Positions 1 through 11,465 of a stretch of DNA of 64,000 nucleotides are shown one piece after another. This stretch comes from Octopus bimaculoides (lineage: Eukaryota): positions 10,900,350 through 10,964,349 of the forward strand of contig NC_069002.1 in assembly GCF_001194135.2 (NCBI RefSeq). Reading direction: 5' to 3'. The translations under genes were made by a program, and so were the position numbers. The number at the start of each line of letters is the position of its first letter. Position 1 is the first letter of the stretch. The notes under the pieces were generated by a model. It did not search any database, was not told the origin of the DNA, and was given only the letters and a program-made list of their open reading frames with translations.

Positions 1-49
1 ATGCCCTTCTTAATGCCAACCACTCCGAGAGTGTATTGGGTGCTTTTAT

Positions 50-343
50 GTGATTACAATGACAAGGGCTCCAGTTGAACCACTCAACGGAACAGCAAGT
101 AGCTGAGAACTCCACAGACAGAGAGGCATGCCTTTAAAGTAGTTCTCGGGAAGATTCAGCATGACACAGAATGTGATGAGGCTGGATCTTTTGAATTACA
201 GGTACAACTCATTTTTGCCAGCTGAGTGGACTGGAGCAATGTGAAATAAACTTGCTCAAGGACACAATGTGCTCCTGGGAACTGAACTCCTGACATTACA
301 ATTGTAAGCCAAATGCCTTAACCATTAAGCCATGTACCTTCAC
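50..343 (-). mobile_element. SINE-A (tRNA-like head + CORE-like body + tail type 2), local label
   Basis: Minus strand reads GTGAAGGTACATGGCTTAATGGTTAAGG (A-box-like), GAGTTCAGTTCCC (B-box-like), TGTGTCCTTGAGCAAG...CACTCAGCTGGCAAAAATGAGT (CORE-like), then the tail also seen at 19920-20110 and 57090-57270. Confidence 0.8.
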
Positions 344-350
344 ACACGCG

Positions 351-391
<41 letters not shown>

Positions 392-1134
392 GCAACTATT
401 TCTAATTATGATTGTTACAACCTTCTGACCTCTCTTTGTCAAAGTTCAAAGTTTACATTTAAAATACCCCCCCCCCCAAAAAAAATGGCAAATTCTTTAT
501 TCTTTAACTGTTTCATCGGATTCTTTCAATGCGACCTTTCACACTAATTTCTTTATTCTATTCTCACATTTCTGGGAAATTTCTTCAACATCTCTCCCCT
601 CCCTAAGCAACCTACCCCCAACTCCCTCATAAAAAATAAACTGTGCCAATAGTCACATTAAGGAATTTTCCTTTTCTCTTTTTTTGTTTGGTAAGATTGG
701 AATGAAATTCAGGTTTATATGTGCACTTTATGCAGTCCCCCATCATTATCTCTAATTATCCTCTTCTGCCTCTGCTCCCCCCCTCCACTGCCTCATTGCT
801 GTTTTCATCATCTTCATCATTTGTTTCATCATCTCTCTCACATGTTTCATTTGCATGCAATGTCTGTTTTATTGGTTTCGTTATTCAACTCTCTCCCACC
901 AAAAATAACACATAGTATTGTTGACCTGAATGGAAACAGAAAGAAGAGGAAGATGGGGGGAAGAAGATGAGAAGGAGGTGGAGGGAGAGTGGAAGAAGGG
1001 TACATCAGTTGTGAAGATTTTTTTGCTCTTTCTTCAAGCTTAAAAAATGGCTCCTGTTAAAAGGGCCATGCCCAGGTATTTCTAAATCTGGTTGTGGTGG
1101 TGGTATGTGCCCAGTCAATTTAGCATTAGCATCA

Positions 1135-1320
1135 TCATCATCATCATCGTTTAACGTCCGCTTTCCATGCTAGCATGGGTTGGACGATTTGACTGAGGAT
1201 TGGTGAAACCGGATGGCAACATCAGGCTCCAATCTAAATTTGGCAGAGTTTCTACAGCTGGATGCCCTTCCTAACACCAACCACTCAGAGAGTGTAGTAG
1301 GTGCTTTTACGTGGGACGAT
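1135..1320 (-). mobile_element. repeat-B retroposon 3' end with (GAT)n tail
   Basis: Near-identical to the 3' part of copies at 22053-22471, 34041-34505 and 39448-39700; ends ATGGAAAGCGGACGTTAAACGATGATGATG on the minus strand. Confidence 0.85.
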
Positions 1321-1768
1321 GACTGATATTCTTTTAAAGGCGGTGCTCTAGCATGGCCACAGTCAAATGACTGAAACAAGTAAAAGAGTATATATATATA
1401 TAAATTGATTGATTGAATGAATGTGGTTATTAAGCTTTCACTTTTATATTATACTATGGAAGATGGTAGGGATTATAATTTTTGTATGACTTAATGGATT
1501 GGTCACTGTTTAGTTATGTATATAGGAGTTGGTTGTAATTTACTTATTGACCCTTTCAGGGTCCATAAGTTAAGTTTATAAATTAGGCTTGACGATTGAT
1601 GCTGATATGTTTACGTCCCTGTAATTTAGTGATTCAGCAAAAGGGACCAATAGAATTAGTACCAGGCTTACAAAGAATAAGTCCTGGGGTCAATTTCTTT
1701 GACTAAAATCCCTTTAAGGTGGTGCTTAAGGATGTTCATTACCACATACCCCACACCTACCCCTATAT

Positions 1769-2036
1769 CATATCACGGGAACACATGACCAACCAGACTA
1801 TAAGATGTCACACATCGCTGGTCACAATGCACTTTGCATCATTTTAGCTTTCAAATAACACCATCCCACTGGCTAGGTGAGCAGGTCAACATTCCACCCC
1901 CTTGATCAAAATTGGGGACTGGAGCAATGGGAAATGCTTTGCTCAAGAACACAATGTGCCGCCCGGTCTGGGAATTGAACCCATCACCTAGTAATCATCA
2001 TTGCAACAATCTAACCACTGGGCCACACACCTTCAC
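1769..2036 (-). mobile_element. SINE-A with tail type 3 and target-site duplication
   Basis: Head GTGAAGGTGTGTGGCCCAGTGGTTAG...GGTTCAATTCCCAGACCGGGCG, CORE-like TGTGTTCTTGAGCAAAGC; perfect direct repeat CTACCCCTATAT at 1757-1768 and 2037-2048. Confidence 0.85.
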
Positions 2037-2433
2037 CTACCCCTATATGTATACTTACAACAGTAAATGATTTAATGAGGCAAATTTTGTTGGTGTATTG
2101 AAGCTCCATGTTTAGTTAATAAACACTGGCATTACATTGGGGTGGATGGGAGTTAAATATGCTGCATCACTGTCAGAGGAGATGACATCAGCTCAGAGTT
2201 TTATATAAAACAAACCTAATCCATTGATGTATCTTATATAACAATAAAGTTTATCATTAAATGAAGTTTAATTTTGATGTGGCTCTGAAGTATTTTTTGT
2301 ATTTCAACTTTCATTCTTTCCATCACCAAATGCTCACTCACTTTTATCACATAAAACTATGAAAATGTGTTTACATTTATATATGATATTATAAATATTG
2401 TAAATAAAATATATGTAATATCAGTTTATATAA

Positions 2434-2468
<35 letters not shown>

Positions 2469-2781
2469 CATAAGGACAAAACATTCAAACACTAAGGTTT
2501 GAAATATATATATATATATATATGCATACACACACACACACACACATATATATNNNNNNNNNNTATATATATATATATATATATATATACACGCACACAC
2601 ATAATTGAAAATTAGCACAAAGCATAAGGCTGCACAAGGTGTCACCCTGTTTAGAAATATTTAAACCTGGTACCACCTATGTTGCTGTTGTTGTTATTAT
2701 CTATTACTTATATTCACCACAGATAATATTAACAAGAGTAATATCTTATTTTGAATGTAAGCATTCAAATATTTGCTTACA

Positions 2782-3115
2782 CATATATATAACTCCAAAG
2801 TTTCTCACCAAAAATACCATGGTATCACTTCCACACCTGCCCTATTCACCAGCTTTAGCACCTGTGGACTTCCATCTCTTCTCCCAAGATGAAAATGCAG
2901 CTGAAAGATCGTCATTTTAACACTGTTGTTGAGACCCAGAGTGAATTGCAGAAGGTCCTTGACTCACTTATGGAAAACGACTTCCAGACCAGATTCCAAA
3001 AGTGGCAGGAAAGCTGGGACTGGTGTATTACTGTGCAAGGAGATAATCTTAAAACTTAGGTAAATAAGTTATTTTTTATTAAACGTAACTAGAAACCTTT
3101 TGATACCACCTCATA
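2782..3115 (+). mobile_element. Tc1/mariner transposase C-terminal remnant with right TIR
   Basis: KFLTKNTMVSLPHLPYSPALAPVDFHLF / (frameshift) PKMKMQLKDRHFNTVVETQSELQKVLDSLMENDFQTRFQKWQESWDWCI: degenerate YSPDLAP motif. Ends CTTTTGATACCACCTCATA, a mariner-like TIR followed by TA. Confidence 0.9.
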
Positions 3116-3439
3116 CAGAGATATATGTGATGCACTTTCTGAATTTTTCCCAATCACCAACTTGGGACTTGAAAGGGTTAAACAGAGATATTGTTCAGGG
3201 AGGTTTTGCTGTTGCATTGAACAAGTTATGTGACCACATAAAAGTTACTCCATATTTTTGTTTTTATTTGGTTCATTTTATATTTTAAAGCAATTGCATT
3301 GTACAAGACACAGTTCTGTTGTTTAATAATGCACAAAGCTTTTAAATTCATTTAAAATTTAAATTTATTTTATGAAGTGTCAAATTTTTTTCCTTTCACA
3401 ATTGTGTCAGTGATGAGGCTACAGTTATGTTTTATCTTT

Positions 3440-3780
3440 CATCTTTTATCTTTCACTTGGACTGTGGCCATGCTGGGGCATTGCATCAAATTGACTGCAG
3501 TACATATTTCTAAGTTTGGAACTTATTCTATCAGTTCTTTTACTGAACTGCTAAGTGACAGGGATGCAAACAAAACATCACCAGATGTCAAGTGGTGATT
3601 GGTGGACAAACACCACAAACACATAAGACAAACATAACATAAAGATACATTTCAGTTTCCTTCTACCAAATCCACTCACAAGGTTTTGGTTGGCCTGAGG
3701 CTATAGTAGAAGACACTTGTGCAAGGTGCCATGCAGTGGGATGGGACTGAACGCAGAATCATGTGGTTTTGGAAGCAAGC
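3440..3780 (-). mobile_element. SINE-C, diverged copy
   Basis: Colinear with the 7904-8338 copy (GACTGTGGCCATGCTGG..., AAATCCACTCACAAGG...GCTATAGTAGAAGACACTTG). Confidence 0.8.
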
Positions 3781-4378
3781 TTTTGTCTGTGTATATATAT
3801 ATATATATATATTGTTGTTTCTGATGAGAGAGATTCTCTTATAGTGCCTTGTTATTTAACAGAGTCACCAGTAAAGTTTCCACTTATCTACTTATTTATT
3901 TTTCCTAAAATTCTCATTGCATCTTGCAACCTTTTCAATATACTTCAACACACGAACTCGCATAAAGAATCTGGCAAACCAAATCCATAAACAAAACATA
4001 TATATATATACATACACATACACACACATATATGTTATTTGGTGTTAAAATTTTTGCTGCACCAACTGCAACCTGTTTAACAGATTTTGCAGGTTTTCAA
4101 ACAGCTAACATGTATCTGCAGTGCTGCAATACTCTATATCTTGAACTTAGCGGTTAATTCATTGAGGGCGATTTGGCTGCTAGGTTGAGTAGAATTACAA
4201 AGGAATTCTCTCGTTTAAAACATCAGTAGTTACTTTTGAAACTTAACACGTGGGCTGTGTTATGTGATTCGGCTGAATTGACGTGCATTAAGGCTGTAGG
4301 TATCCATGGCCATGTCAGACAGAAAAAACCTTAATAGGTTAAGAGCGAAGTGTAAGTGATATGTAGTGAAACACTCAC

Positions 4379-4455
4379 TGAATTTCAATCAATAATTGTC
4401 ATCAACAGAATACACACGGCGATCAATACAAACGCTTCCAAAAATGTGTACAGAG
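4379..4455 (-). other. candidate 77-nt exon of a minus-strand transcript (non-coding or stop-containing)
   Basis: ~60-nt polypyrimidine tract + TTTAG acceptor (AG at 4457-4456) and consensus donor GTGAGT (4378-4373). All three frames contain a stop; one reads LYTFLEAFVLIAVCILLMTIID*. Confidence 0.4.
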
Positions 4456-4807
4456 CTAAATATAGGCAGAAAGGGAGTAAAAGAGAAAAATAAAAGAAAG
4501 AAATAGAAAGAGAAAAATAAGATAACATTAAATATTAATTGAATATTGAATATCCATACACTTTCTGTAAAAATGGAAGTCCCTGTGGGCATTGTTAAAG
4601 GCAGTGTTTGTGTTAATGGCTTTTAAAGTATGTAACGCAAAATGCAATGGGTTCTCTAAAACCATTTTTAGATATTGGATAAAGCTTTAGGTTTTTCTTT
4701 AAATATGTTAATTTTTCACGCCTGTGTGAGTAACACTATTCAATGTCTGCTTAGTGATTCTCTTGTCGCTATATTAGCAAGTGCAATGTTATGGTGCCTA
4801 TGTGTTG

Positions 4808-5011
4808 CTGAAGAAGTCATATCATACTGAAACTTGCCTGGAGTTATCTCCCATATTAGCTGAGATAATTAAAATACTATTGGTTATTCAGTGAACTAAT
4901 GATGTATTCTGATTACTTGATAATTATTTCTAATTGGAACTTTTAATGATTTGAATAGAGCCTTCAGCTGACAAAAGCTTTGGATTTGATAGATCAAAGC
5001 TAAAAAATGCC
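4808..5011 (+). ncRNA. two degenerate type-I hammerhead-like motifs 160 bp apart (PLE terminus-like)
   Basis: CTGAAGA-AGT(CATATCAT)ACT-GAAA-CTTGCC at 4808-4838; CTGACAA-A-AGCTTTG(12 nt)CAAAGCT-AAAA-AATGCC at 4968-5011. Both carry core substitutions. Confidence 0.3.
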
Positions 5012-5094
5012 TATTGACTATATATATATATTTATGTATACAAGTATATACATAAATACATACATGAATCTATCTATCTACATATATATATATA

Positions 5095-5342
5095 TAGCTC
5101 AGTGGTTAGAGTGTTTGATTCCTGTTGTGTTCTTGAGCAAGACACTTTATTTCATATTGCTCCAGTTCATACAGCTATAGAAATGAGTTGGATATCACTA
5201 GTGCCAAGCTGTATTCACCTTTGGCTTCCTCTTGCATAATATCAGTTACACAGAGAGAGGAGTCTGCTATGCATGGGCGACTGCTGGTCTTCCATAAACA
5301 ACCATTCCTGGACTTGAGCATCGGAGTGTAACTTTCTAGGTG
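5095..5342 (+). mobile_element. SINE-A with tail type 1 (internally deleted head)
   Basis: AGCTCAGTGGTTAGAG..., TGTGTTCTTGAGCAAGACAC...AGAAATGAGTTG, then CACTAGTGCCAAGCTGTAT...GGGCGACTGCTGGTCTTCCATAAAC, as at 9470 and 61324. Confidence 0.8.
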
Positions 5343-5390
5343 TGTGTGTATGTGTGTATACATATATGGTAGATGGAAACTGAAAGAATC

Positions 5391-5433
<43 letters not shown>

Positions 5434-5437
<4 letters not shown>

Positions 5438-5631
5438 GAGAATTTACGAAAAAAACAACAGACGAAGACAGGTGGTGTAAACAACAAATGGATGTATTAG
5501 TATAACGCTCAGGAATAGAGAAAGTCTTTGAGGTTTCGAGCCTACGCTCTTCAACAGAAAGGAACACAGAGAAACAAGGAGAAAAAAATATAAATGTAGT
5601 GGTCAGCGATCTAGCATGGCAAATGCCGGAC
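5434..5631 (-). mobile_element. Penelope-like terminal fragment with hammerhead-like motif
   Basis: Minus strand ~5525-5561: CTTT-CTGTTGA-A-GAGC(GTAG)GCTC-GAAA-CC-TC-AAAG. Stem I CTTT/AAAG and stem II GAGC/GCTC pair; the core has substitutions. Confidence 0.45.
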
Positions 5632-5790
5632 ATATGATGGGATTCTTTCAGTTTCCGTCTACCATATCCACTTAAAAGGGTTTGGGCAGCCTGATGCTGC
5701 AGTAGAAGACACTTGTCCAAGGTGCCACCCAGTGGAACTAAACCCAGAACTATGTGGTAGGAAAGTAAGCTTCTTACAGTACAGCCATGC
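5632..5790 (-). mobile_element. SINE-C 5' half
   Basis: Matches the head of the 7904-8338 copy (TTCTTTCAGTTTCCGTCTACC...GTAGAAGACACTTGTCCAAGGTGCC...CAGCCATGCC). Confidence 0.8.
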
Positions 5791-7180
5791 CGGTTTGGTG
5801 TTTAACCTGTTTGTTATGTAGAACATGTATGTGTTGTTTTATTGCATTGGGTGGTGTTTGCTTCGTGGAAGTATTGGGTAGTTGGTATTATATATTAGTG
5901 TTTCTGTGTGCTTAGTGTTTGCGTTAAGTTTTTTATGCGTTTAGTGTTTGTGTTTAGGTCTATGTGTTTAGTGTCTATGCGTTAGTATTTCTGCGCAATG
6001 TGTTCTGGTCTTTGGTTCATCTAAACATGCAAGGATCAGGTTGATGAAGGATGATAAACAGCAGGAGAAGAAATTGGTGTAAGTCCCACATTAAGCACTT
6101 ATTTGCTTCTTCCCACACCCCCGTCCCTCTCCAGATTCCTTCCTGTCTCCCACCCTACGCCTCTCTTGGAACTGTGACCTTCTGCAATTTCCTCCTGCCT
6201 GCCTCCTGCCTCCTCTTCCTCTTTATCCTTCCTCAGGTCTTCTTTATCCTGAAGACAATTCTCAACTCTTATTACAGAAGTTCAAACTCCACATCAGTCA
6301 CCTCTGCGTCAGTCTCACTCCTCCAGCGAAGTAGAGGAAGACAGAGAGAACAAGAGAGAGAGAGTGGCGGGGGAGTTCCAACTATGAGTAGGTCACAAGC
6401 AATGCACCACCACCACCACCACCACCACTCTCTTCCTCTTCCCTCACCTCTCTCCCTCTCCTCTTCTTCTCTAACTAAATGGTAAAAATGAGAGAGAAAA
6501 GACGTACAGAAGAGAGAGGAAGATGTTGGGGTGAGGTTATCGGTGGTGGTGGTGCTGGGGTGGGGTGAGTGAACTAGTTGGAATTTGGCCAAGTCAACAG
6601 AGAGGTGGTGATGGTGGTTGTGGTGGTGGTGGCGGTGGCGTGGGAGGGCGTGGTTATATACCGATGGTGAGAAATTGTGATGGATTTATGTGGTTTTATG
6701 ATGCGGAGAAGATAACATTTAAGACTATAATGTAATATAACACACAGCACCATCGCTACCACCACCACTGAGCGACTACCACTCACACTATCACCCACCA
6801 CCACTACGCTTTGACATGTCCATATTAGTAGAGTCATCTTTCATAATTTGACTAAGATGTACTTGTGTTAACGAACATCCATATTCACACAAAGAAGTAC
6901 ACACACACACACCTACCCCTACACATACCCCCACACCGCGCACGCACACACTACACACACACCACACACACACACATACACATACACACACGTTCACAAA
7001 TGCATACATACATATGCAGGCATTAATATAGGTATGCATATGTATGCATTAATATGTTTTTATATACTCGTATAAAAATATATTAACATGTATATAAAAC
7101 AACACAAAAACACACACTTATATATGCTTGATTATACATACATATCTATCTGTCTGTCGGTCTATCATCTATCTGTCTGT

Positions 7181-7460
7181 CTGTTTCTCTGTCTGTCTGT
7201 CTGTTTCTCTGTCTGTCTGTCTGTTTCTCTGTCTGTCTATCTGTTTCTCTGTCTGTCTATCTGTTTCTCTGTCTGTCTATCTGTTTCTCTGTCTGTCTGT
7301 CTGTTTCTCTGTCTGTCTATCTGTTTCTCTGTCTGTCTGTCTGTTTCTCTGTCTGTCTATCTGTTTCTCTGTCTGTCTGTCTGTTTCTCTGTCTGTCTAT
7401 CTGTTTCTCTGTCTGTCTATCTGTTTCTCTGTCTGTCTATCTGTTTCTCTGTCTGTCTAT
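7181..7460. repeat. 20-bp minisatellite CTGTTTCTCTGTCTGTCT(A/G)T
   Basis: Exact 20-nt periodicity over about 14 units; source of ORFs 7088 and 7128. Confidence 0.95.
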
Positions 7461-7760
7461 CTGTCTACATACATACATACATACATACATTATTTCTATC
7501 CTACTCACAAGCAAAAATGCTACTCCATGATGGTCATAGTCATGATGAATAAGACAACAATGAAAATGTGTGTATGCATACGTACGCACACATATTATCA
7601 TGCATACACACACATTGACATAACTCAGTTACATAAGACTATTCATATATACATATCCAAATATACTCATTCGCACTCCAATGCATGGAACACTAAAACA
7701 TAAACGCTAAAAGGAAAATGAAATAAATTGAGTACAGCAATGCCTCGGTAAACGAGTTAG

Positions 7761-8109
7761 CCCATTGCCTGCCATAAACCTCATTTGGGGATCTGCCTAA
7801 AACTGTCTCCCTGCCAGTTGATCGTTGTATTTAAAGTGAATTGCTTATGGACATTGCATTTGCAGAGGTGTGTTTAACAATATTTAGTAGTTGTCGTCAT
7901 TAGCTCTCTTTACTTGTTTCAGTCATTTGACTGTGGCCATGCTGGAGCACCGCCTTTAGTCGAGAAATTCGACCCCAGGACTTATTCTTTGTAAGCCTAG
8001 TACTTATTCTATCGGTCTCTTTTGCCGAACCGCTAAGTTACAGGGACGTAAACACACCAGCATTGGTTGTCAAGCGATGTTGGGGGGACAAACACATACA
8101 TACACATAC

Positions 8110-8174
<65 letters not shown>

Positions 8175-8694
8175 CGACAGGCTTCTTTCAGTTTCCGTCT
8201 ACCAAATCCACTCACAAGGCTTTGGTCGGCCCGAGGCTATAGTAGAAGACACTTGCCCAAGGTGCCACGCAGTGGGACTGAACCCGGAACCATGTGGTTG
8301 GTAAGCAAGCTACTTACCACACAGCCACTCCTGCGCCTATATTAAAAAGCTCTGCCCTGGGTTAATTCTAGAGGACATTTTATGTCATAAATTGCAATTT
8401 TTGGATTACAAACGTTTTTTCTTTTGCATTTCGCATCTATGTCATTCATTGATATTTCATACACATCCGCATTCGATACCATACTTTAAAAAACCTAAAA
8501 TGTTTATTATTGCAATTGAATAGAAAAGGATAACTATGCTTTTTATCAGCAATCCCCATTTGGGACTTTTCAAAAGATTTATCATAATTTCCAAAATAAT
8601 TCACATATGAAGAAAATTTAAATGCTATATATTAATTCCTAAGACATCTGGCAAAGCCAAAAAATAGGAGTAAAAAAATTTGGCAGTTAATGGG
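7761..8694. mobile_element. non-autonomous piggyBac-like (TTAA) element carrying a SINE-C insertion
   Basis: Left TTAG|CCCATTGCCTGCC; right GGCAGTTAATGGG|TTAA (13-bp TIR, 2 mismatches; TTAA at 8695-8698). CCC...GGG ends are typical of piggyBac. Confidence 0.55.
7904..8338 (-). mobile_element. SINE-C, full-length with internal (TA)n/(TACA)n microsatellite
   Basis: Minus strand: AGGCGCAGGAGTGGCTGTGTGGTAAG (A-box-like), GGTTCAGTCCC (B-box-like), CACCTTGGGCAAGTGTCTTC (CORE-like), microsatellite ~8095-8175, tail ending GACTGAAACAAGTAAAGAGAG. Confidence 0.9.
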
Positions 8695-8925
8695 TTAATT
8701 TGTTCGTGGAGATCGCTCATGAAGTGAAAACTCATAAAGAGGAGCAATAATTTCCTACAGTAGCAATGTTATAAATCGTAATTCGTTCCGAGAAAAATAT
8801 CTTACCTATGAAATTTATAATACTCATAAATAAATGGCAATAAAACAACAGTAGAATGGAAAGAATATTTTTTGGAAAGTAAAAAGAATGTCAAAATCAT
8901 GAATAATATTATTATTATTATCGTT

Positions 8926-9220
8926 TTCTTTTATTAGCCACACAGGGCTTTACACAGAGGGGACAAATACAATGTAGAGCTTTTCTTTTGGAGAGGGAGA
9001 AGGAGAGAAAAAAAAGTGGGGGGTCGATCAAAAAGAATCGTAGGAAAGAAAAAAAGTGGGGTGGAGTTCGATCAAAAGGGATCGGAAAAAAATAAAAAAT
9101 TGTTTTCTGAATCACTTCCACTCACACTAGACTCGCACACACCCTCACTTGTAGACACGATCACCGATTCACAAGCACTCATAGATGGATTTGTAGATTT
9201 TTTTTTAAAAAGACAAGTCT
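8926..9220 (-). mobile_element. LINE 3' end (probably L1/Tx1)
   Basis: Minus strand ends ...AGCCCTGTGTGGCTAATAAAAGAAAACG (polyA signal plus short A-rich tail) after a pyrimidine-rich UTR. Clade assignment is from memory. Confidence 0.4.
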
Positions 9221-9469
9221 AAAGTTGTTTGCTTAGAAGAATTTTTTTTGCCTCTCTATAAATTTCTTGGTAGAAGCATTTGTTATAAGAGTAGGAACAT
9301 TTGCTCTTCATTCAAAATTTGGCTCATTCTATTTATTTTAAAACAAAACTTGTAAACCCAGTGTTTTGTAAAGTGGGTCCTTGTAAAGTGAGGTGTTATT
9401 GTACATCCAAAATCTTTCCTATCTCACATCTCTCTCTCACTCTCTCTCTCTTTATTTGTACAATTCTGT

Positions 9470-9830
9470 CTCTTATTTCATGTTGCTCCAGTTTACTCGG
9501 CTGTTAAAATGAGTTGGGACATCACTGGTGCCAAGCTGTATCATCCTTTGCCTTTCCCTTGCATAACATCAGTGGCATGGAGAGGGGAGACTGGAATGCA
9601 TGAGCGACTGCTGGTCTTCCATAAACAACTTGTGCCTCAGCGAGTAACTTTCTAGGTACCAAAGGGGAATTTTATCCTTTACCCTATGCACATATAATGA
9701 TGTTGTAAGGGGAGGCTGGTATGTATGGGCAACTGCTGGTCTTCCATAAAGCAACCTTGCCTAGACTTGTGCCTCAGAGGGGAACTTCCTAGGTGCAATC
9801 CCATGGTCATTCATGACCGAGGGGGCTTAA
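9470..9830 (+). mobile_element. SINE-A body + duplicated tail type 1
   Basis: CORE-like TTTCATGTTGCTCCAGTTTACTCGGCTGTTAAAATGAGTTG; the tail segment ACTGCTGGTCTTCCATAAA occurs twice (~9608 and ~9733). Confidence 0.75.
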
Positions 9831-10286
9831 TACATAAATGCATATGTGTGCATGTGTGTGTGTGTGTACCACCAGTGGTAGTTCTTGTAAGTGCTTAGGC
9901 CTCACCAGTGATTTTTACATTAGGAAGAGCATGAAACCATAGAAACCATGTCAAATGAGACAGGGAAACCACCTTGTTGAATCCTCTCTCTTCCCAGCTC
10001 CTGATGATGATGATGGTGGTGGTGAGGATGATGATGATGATGACAACAGCAACAATGATGACGACAGTGACGTTGATGTATTTTATACATACATATATAT
10101 GTATATAATGGCAGATAAATGCGAATAGGCTTAAGGAGTTTTTATATGGAATGCAAATAAAACGAATGATGTAATAGTCTTATCATATCTCTAACACTAC
10201 ACACTCTCTCTCATTCTCTCTCTATATACATATACATACATATGCATGTGTTTGTGTGTATGTGGGTATATATTTATATATGTGGG

Positions 10287-10359
<73 letters not shown>

Positions 10360-10759
10360 CCATGCATGTGTGTAAGGGCAGGTGTGTAAGGCATACATAC
10401 ATATATGTAGGTGTCTAAGGTGTATATATGTGGATATTTATGTATGCATGCATATTTGTGTATATGCGTGTGCATATATATCTTCAGATATAATGGAAAG
10501 TCTGAACTATATTCATATAATTATTTTCATTTCAGGAAGACAGTTTCTTGTTATATTCAAGTAATTGTTTTTCACTTGTAATTTTCAAGCAATTGTTTTC
10601 ACTTTAAATCTAGGAAAAGAGAGAGAGAGAAAGAAAGAATAAGAAAGTGAAAGAGGAAAAACAGAGATAGTGACTTGTCTAGAAGCAGATATATATACAC
10701 ACACACATATATATATCATATTCTCATATACATAATGATACACATACACACATATACGC

Positions 10760-10790
<31 letters not shown>

Positions 10791-11465
10791 TAAATACTTA
10801 TATACATATAGTCATGTATAAATACATAAATACCTATATCTATTTTTGTATACATATACATACATATGTAGATATACATACATGCACACACTCACATATG
10901 CACTCATGCATACACACACACATGCATGTAAACACACACACATGCAAAAAGCAAAGAAAATTTTTTGAGGATTTTATCATGGATATTAGAAAGTATATAC
11001 ATTTTTATTAAAATATGTTACCGGTTTCAATCTCTTAAAAAGAGCTCTTAGTCATGCAGAATCAAAAGAAAATGCACTGAAATAAATTCTATTAAATTAA
11101 ACTTTTATGCTATCAGTTCTAGAAATTTACGTCTTTTCTTATATTTAGAGAGAGAAAGAGAAAGGGGGAGAGAGAGTGGGAGAGAGAGGCAGTGAGGCAC
11201 AGAGAAAGAGAGAGAGACACAGACGGAGACAGAGAGACACAACACCTAGTCTGGTCCAGGAATCGAACTCTCTACTTTATGATTGTGAGCCTGACGCTCT
11301 AGCTACAGAGCCCAAAATGTGACACTTACTTGTTTTGTCATAGTACCTCATTCAGAGACTTATAACCAGATGAGAGTGGCAGTGTCTAATTACTATTCAA
11401 ATAGGCTGTTGTACAAAATGTGGTGGGCTTAATTAGAAGAGGATTCATTAAAAATAATTATGCAA

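Noticed and set aside
3820-3945. CTGATGAGAG...CTC hammerhead start
   Set aside because: No GAAA after the putative stem II; the opposite-strand alternative is too degenerate.
8800-8815. Recursive splice site TTTCATAG|GTAAGA on the minus strand
   Set aside because: Weak pyrimidine tract; expected by chance in AT-rich DNA.
11022-11076. Additional AG/GT-bounded minus-strand segment (similar cases near 7706 and 59883, and plus strand 10534-10558)
   Set aside because: Non-consensus donors or weak tracts; not distinguishable from background without RNA data.
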